A stretch of 54,153 nt of DNA from Candidatus Wolfebacteria bacterium. GTDB lineage: Bacteria; Patescibacteriota; Minisyncoccia; Phycocordibacterales; NVSU01. The DNA lies in the NCBI GenBank assembly GCA_002401345.1, contig NVSU01000005.1, positions 1 to 54,153 of the forward strand, in the 5' to 3' direction. The position numbers were made by a program, and so were the translations under genes. The notes under the pieces were generated by a model that was given only the letters and a program-made list of their open reading frames with translations, made no database searches and had not been told where the DNA came from. Every line of letters begins with the position of its first letter. The stretch's first letter is position 1. Of this stretch, positions 49,819-54,153 are shown piece by piece.

Positions 49819-49841
49819 ATAGTTATTTTACCACTCTTTTT
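49771..49841. repeat. Direct repeat DR2
   Basis: See DR1. All 5 differences fall at synonymous positions of the comM reading frame. Confidence 0.9.
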
Positions 49842-49852
49842 GTTTTTAAAAT

Positions 49853-49884
49853 AAAAAAAGCTCAACAAGAATTGTTGAGCTTTT
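49853..49884 (-). terminator. Rho-independent terminator of the dksA-like gene
   Basis: agctcaacaa-gaa-ttgttgagct with an A-run on the plus strand. Confidence 0.7.
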
Positions 49885-49900
49885 AATAATTTATAGAATA

Positions 49901-50263
49901 TTAGTCGTTGATGTGGTTTTTGCAGGTTCGTGCTGCGGGATTTGCGTCGAGACGGTCTGCCTCAATTTGTTCTCCGCCCTTTTCACATATACCATATGTT
50001 CCATCTTCCATTCTTTTGAGTGCATCTTTTATATTATTGTATCGAATTTCAAGTTCCCCTAGTATTCCAGCCTTTTCTCCGAATTCTTCATCTCTATCAG
50101 CCAATGTATTTTTGTCGGCTATGTCTGCACTACTGATAGCGTTTGGAATTGCCCCCCAGTCATTATTTTCTGGATCTCGTATACCAAGATTCGCAAGCTC
50201 CTTTAAAAGAAGTGCTTTTTCATTTTCTAATGCGTCTTTATATTTATGTGTATCTATTTCCAT
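49901..50263 (-). CDS. DksA/TraR-family protein with a degenerate zinc finger
   Basis: ..ALKRMEDGTYGICEKGGEQIEADRLDANPAARTCKNH follows the TraR/DksA C-terminal pattern, but only two of the four usual Cys positions are Cys. Confidence 0.6.
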   Translation of the reverse strand: MEIDTHKYKDALENEKALLLKELANLGIRDPENNDWGAIPNAISSADIADKNTLADRDEEFGEKAGILGELEIRYNNIKDALKRMEDGTYGICEKGGEQIEADRLDANPAARTCKNHIND

Positions 50264-50295
50264 AATTAAGAGTATATCATGAAATTATAATATTG

Positions 50296-51246
50296 TTATT
50301 GTGTGAGTGATTGAATTCTAAGCCGGTCTAATACATCACCAAGAAGTAATTCGTTTCGGGAGATGACTATCGTTGTGTCATCGACAAATGTGTAGAGAAG
50401 CACGATAGTTCCCGTGGAATCACGAAGCACACGAGCATTGTTGTTGTCTATAAGTGCTTCTTCGAAGTCTTTATCAAATAATGCCTTATTTTCACCACTT
50501 GTAGGCAGATCAAATATTTGATGGAAATCAGTAAACAATTTGTCTTCCCATTCACTCATTCCCTCATATACTCTAAATGGACTTGAAGATCTTAGAATAA
50601 TAAATGGCTGATTAATGCCGCTTGAATACGTTCCAACCATAAATTCAGTTAATGAAGAGAGCAAAAAGGAAGGAATGGAAGCTTCTATTGATGTGAGGAA
50701 CTCTTGAACACCCACAAGTCGTCTACCAGAGTCGTCCGCTTGTGTGAAAATTATATTTTTTATATCACCCACCCCAAGTTTCGCATTTTTAACCTCACTA
50801 CGAATTGTGCCAATAAGTTTATGTGGAGAGGTTTTTGTAATATCAATCTGTTTATGTTGTTCCGAGAAAAGTAATGTGGGAAAGAAAAGTTGCGGCAACA
50901 CAGTTGTCATCTTTTTAGGAACAATAAATACGAAAATGATAATAATCGCGACAACACTGAAGACAGTGCCGCCTATCAAAAAGAATTTATTTTTCTTTGA
51001 GGTGAGAGATCGAGCAGCAACTTCTTTTTCTTTTCTTCGCTCATTTTGTATTGTTTTTTTTATGAATGCTCCCTTACTTCCTCCTTCTTGTAATACATGG
51101 GCAGTATCGGATGCAAGAGTATGACTCGCTTTTGGTGTTTCTTTTTGATCTTCCTTAGACACCCCGACGGACGCCAGGGTGTCGAGTGACTCAAGACGAG
51201 ACTTTGTCTCATCGAGGTTAGTCTTTTTTTCTTCCTCTCCGTTCAT
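50296..51246 (-). CDS. Single-pass membrane protein, hypothetical
   Basis: 316 aa. Charged N-terminus, one TM (FFLIGGTVFSVVAIIIIFVFIV), then an extracytoplasmic domain. Confidence 0.45.
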   Translation of the reverse strand: MNGEEEKKTNLDETKSRLESLDTLASVGVSKEDQKETPKASHTLASDTAHVLQEGGSKGAFIKKTIQNERRKEKEVAARSLTSKKNKFFLIGGTVFSVVAIIIIFVFIVPKKMTTVLPQLFFPTLLFSEQHKQIDITKTSPHKLIGTIRSEVKNAKLGVGDIKNIIFTQADDSGRRLVGVQEFLTSIEASIPSFLLSSLTEFMVGTYSSGINQPFIILRSSSPFRVYEGMSEWEDKLFTDFHQIFDLPTSGENKALFDKDFEEALIDNNNARVLRDSTGTIVLLYTFVDDTTIVISRNELLLGDVLDRLRIQSLTQ

Positions 51247-51265
51247 AACGATCTTATTATACTAT

Positions 51266-51670
51266 TTAAAATGATGTTGCAACTATAAAGGCTATAAGGG
51301 CAATAAATCCAATAAACGCGAGAATTACAACACCTATAGTTATGAGTAAATATTTAAGCCATTTAGGGAGACGTTTTTTCTCCTGACCTACTTCTGTGAG
51401 AACAGTTTTTTCATTTACATTGATATTGAACCATCTACGGTCATACGCAATAAGCGGTACTAGTGCTGATATTAATGCTGGAATAACAAAGAAGAATACC
51501 ACTGCTATATTTCCGTCATCGAATAATGGTGCCACTTTTATAGAAATAATTCGTAGAGGTATTGTAATTAGCAATAAAAATAAAATTGCTTTGAATATTT
51601 TTTTTGGAGAATTATTGCTCTTCTTTAAATAATATCCGTAAATAAATAAAGCAACTATAAGAATAATCAT
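51266..51670 (-). CDS. Small polytopic membrane protein, hypothetical
   Basis: 134 aa with about 4 hydrophobic helices. Confidence 0.45.
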   Translation of the reverse strand: MIILIVALFIYGYYLKKSNNSPKKIFKAILFLLLITIPLRIISIKVAPLFDDGNIAVVFFFVIPALISALVPLIAYDRRWFNINVNEKTVLTEVGQEKKRLPKWLKYLLITIGVVILAFIGFIALIAFIVATSF

Positions 51671-51698
51671 AACGATATTATTATACTACAGGTTAAGG

Positions 51699-53915
51699 TT
51701 ATTTTGCTTGTGGAGGAAAGAAATCGGGATTTGCTTTTTTGATTGAGAGGTTGATCCTTCCTTTTTCATCAACTTTTATAACTTCAACAGGGACTACGTC
51801 TCCAATTTTAAGTAGAGATTCAACGTTATCAACTCTGTAGGGTGCAATTTCTGAGATATGAACCATTCCATCATTTTGACTGTTACCTAATTGTACAAAT
51901 GCACCAAAATCAAGAACTTTAACAACTTTTCCTTCAAGTTTTTCTCCCACACTGTATTCGTGAGTAATATCCTCAATTATTTTCAATGCTGCTGCTGCAC
52001 CATCACTTGATCCAGTTATGTAAATCATTCCATCATCCTCTATTTGAATATCAGTACCTGTTTTTTCTCGTATTTCATTTATAACCTTTCCACCAGATCC
52101 AATTACAAGACCAATTTGTTTTGGTTTGATTTGTGTAGTTAATATTTTGGGTGCATTTGTAGAAATATCTTCACGTGGCTTTGCAATTTCACTCTCTATA
52201 ACATCCAATATTCCAAGTCGTGCCTTCTTTGCTTCAACTAATGCCTCTTTCAAGATTTGCGGAGGAATTCCATCAACTTTAATATCGAGTTGGAGCGCAG
52301 TCACACCTTCACGTGTCCCTGCAACCTTGAAGTCCATGTCTCCGTGGTGATCTTCTGGACCTTGAATATCTGTGAGTATTTTATATTTTGATGAGTCTTC
52401 GTCTATCATAAGACCCATGGCAATTCCAGCAACAGGTGCTTTTATTGGAACACCACCATCCATAAGTGCGATTGTTGATCCACATATTGCGGCTTGAGAC
52501 GTTGATCCATTCGATGCCATTGATTCTGATACGAGACGAATTGTATAAGGGAAATCATCTAAGGAAGGGATAATAGGTCGAAGTGCTTTCTCTGCAAGCA
52601 TTCCGTGTCCAATTTCCCGTCGATTAGTAAATCCTACACGTCCAGTTTCTCCCGCAGAATATGGAGGGAAATTGTAATGATGCATAAAGTGTTTCTTTTC
52701 TTTTGATTTCATTCCTTCATAAAGATATGTTGCATCGGGTCCGGCAAGCGTAAGAGTGGAGAGAATATGCGTTTCTCCTCGATAAAATATTCCAGAACCA
52801 TGTAATACAGGTGAGACTCCGCCAGCTTGTGCGAAAATGTTTCGCACTGTATCCATTGCACGTCCATCTGCCCTCTTTTCATTTTCAAGTGCTCCCTTAT
52901 GGAGTACGTCATCTATGTGTAGATAAAATAGTTCGCCTGCAAATCCTTTTACTTTTCCTTCGTCCAGTCCATATTTTTCAACAAGTGTATCTGATATATG
53001 TGCGACTTCTTCCATCCATTCGTTTTCTAATTCACTAATCTCTCGCTTTCCCATATGTGGCTCGTGCCAGATGTTTCTGGGGTGTACTTCCACTTTTGAG
53101 TCTGTACTACTTGTAAACAGCGCGTCTTCCATCTTTGGAGATATTTTTTCAATGAAAAGTGTCTTTAATTCTTCTGGAGTTTCAAGTTTTGCTATAACTT
53201 TCTTTTCTTTACCCATTTCGACTACTATATCTTTTTGGAATTTTTCTAATTTTGAAATTTCTTCTACTGCTCGATCAAATATTTCACCGATTTCATCTTC
53301 TTTTTTTTCAAATGACATCGCTTCAATCATATTGATGTTGCCATCTTTCCCACACACAATCAGATCTAAATCGAATAATTCTTCCTTTATAACTGCTTCA
53401 TTTGGTCGTGGTTGAAGATGAGAGTTCACTATTATTTCGCTTTCTCCTTTGAGTTTTCCTATTTGAATTGCTCCGACAGGTCCTTTCCATGGAATATCTG
53501 AAACAGCGAGGGCCAGAGATGCGGCGTTTACTGCCAAAATAGCTGGATCTTGTTTTCCCACAGATAACACTGTCACAATAACTTGAATTGCATTTTTAAT
53601 GTGTTTCTCAAAAAGAGGTCGTATTGTTCGGTCGATCACACGTGCAGCGAGTATTGCTTCATCTGATGGTCTTCCTTCCCTTCTCATAAATCTACTTCCA
53701 AGAATTTCTCCTGCTGCATAGTATTTTTCTAAATAGTCGACTGTGAGGTTAAAAAAACCTAAATCACGCTCCCCGGCTGACATTGCCGTAGTTGCAAGCA
53801 CAACAGTATCCTCAGATTCTAAAATAACTGAGCCATTTGCTTGATTTGCAAGATCTGAAAAACGAGCGGTAATTGTTTTTCCGCCTATTTCAATAGAGTA
53901 TTCTTTTTTATTCAT
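51699..53915 (-). CDS. pnp: Polyribonucleotide nucleotidyltransferase (PNPase)
   Basis: Two RNase PH-like domains (..FPPYSAGETGR.., ..DHHGDMDFKVAGT..), KH (IGLVIGSGGKVINEI) and S1 (GKVVKVLDFGAFV). Confidence 0.95.
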   Translation of the reverse strand: MNKKEYSIEIGGKTITARFSDLANQANGSVILESEDTVVLATTAMSAGERDLGFFNLTVDYLEKYYAAGEILGSRFMRREGRPSDEAILAARVIDRTIRPLFEKHIKNAIQVIVTVLSVGKQDPAILAVNAASLALAVSDIPWKGPVGAIQIGKLKGESEIIVNSHLQPRPNEAVIKEELFDLDLIVCGKDGNINMIEAMSFEKKEDEIGEIFDRAVEEISKLEKFQKDIVVEMGKEKKVIAKLETPEELKTLFIEKISPKMEDALFTSSTDSKVEVHPRNIWHEPHMGKREISELENEWMEEVAHISDTLVEKYGLDEGKVKGFAGELFYLHIDDVLHKGALENEKRADGRAMDTVRNIFAQAGGVSPVLHGSGIFYRGETHILSTLTLAGPDATYLYEGMKSKEKKHFMHHYNFPPYSAGETGRVGFTNRREIGHGMLAEKALRPIIPSLDDFPYTIRLVSESMASNGSTSQAAICGSTIALMDGGVPIKAPVAGIAMGLMIDEDSSKYKILTDIQGPEDHHGDMDFKVAGTREGVTALQLDIKVDGIPPQILKEALVEAKKARLGILDVIESEIAKPREDISTNAPKILTTQIKPKQIGLVIGSGGKVINEIREKTGTDIQIEDDGMIYITGSSDGAAAALKIIEDITHEYSVGEKLEGKVVKVLDFGAFVQLGNSQNDGMVHISEIAPYRVDNVESLLKIGDVVPVEVIKVDEKGRINLSIKKANPDFFPPQAK

Positions 53916-53932
53916 TGTGTTCTATAAACTAG

Positions 53933-53998
53933 AGTAGTCTTCAGACTTTAGGATTGAAATTTGCGCCGTATCTCAACACTACATGTCTACAGACTACT
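53933..53998 (-). promoter_or_regulatory. Long hairpin in the pnp leader
   Basis: agtagtcttcagac (53933-53946) pairs with gtctacagactact (53985-53998) at 12 of 14 positions. It starts about 20 nt upstream of the pnp ATG. Confidence 0.35.
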
Positions 53999-54153
53999 TT
54001 TATTAGATTAGTTGCTAATTACCTAATAGTAGCAGTACTTTTTCGAATGTACAAGCTGAATTAACACCTGAAACGCACACACCCGTGGTGTAGAATAGTT
54101 TTGTTAACAACTAATCAAATACCACGGGCATGTCTACACATATTAAACGAGAT

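Overview
AT-rich window (about one-third G+C by eye). It looks like a chromosomal segment of a small-genome monoderm, most plausibly Patescibacteria/CPR (Parcubacteria-like). That placement is an inference from a short Gram-positive-type YidC, reduced housekeeping proteins, four-helix-bundle and GIY-YIG mini-cassettes and a PrgI/VirB4 locus. The window spans the replication-origin neighbourhood: dnaA-dnaN-DUF721 on the minus strand, facing rpmH-rnpA-yidD-yidC-jag on the plus strand. Other housekeeping genes are holA-like, polA, tsaE, pilB-like ATPase, ruvB, yebC, ruvC, tyrS, a class A PBP, rsmA, a LysM-M23 peptidase, comM and pnp. Three things stand out. (1) A roughly 17-kb co-oriented minus-strand locus (27999-44935) has the core of a Gram-positive-type T4SS: a PrgI/VirB3-like protein, VirB4 apparently split in two, a VirB6-like protein, and a pilin-like 2-TM module fused to an M15 hydrolase. 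It has no relaxase, coupling protein or integrase and is otherwise filled with unknown secreted proteins. (2) At least five families of small inverted-repeat elements are present. These are GIY-YIG cassettes and relics, a four-helix-bundle cassette with two relics inside the T4SS-like operon, a 39-codon MNPV small-ORF cassette that abuts the start codons of ruvC, rsmA and an ICMT-like gene, GC-rich palindromes inserted in frame into polA, virB4, a coiled-coil ORF and rsmA, and tandem GC hairpins. (3) A monocistronic island of secreted proteins (5.4-12.7 kb) carries near-consensus sigma70 promoters and includes an outer-membrane-like beta-barrel candidate. A RelE/Phd cassette is inserted in front of comM with a 71-nt duplication. 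I recognised no rRNA, tRNA or CRISPR array. All functional calls rest on motif recognition by eye, not on database searches.
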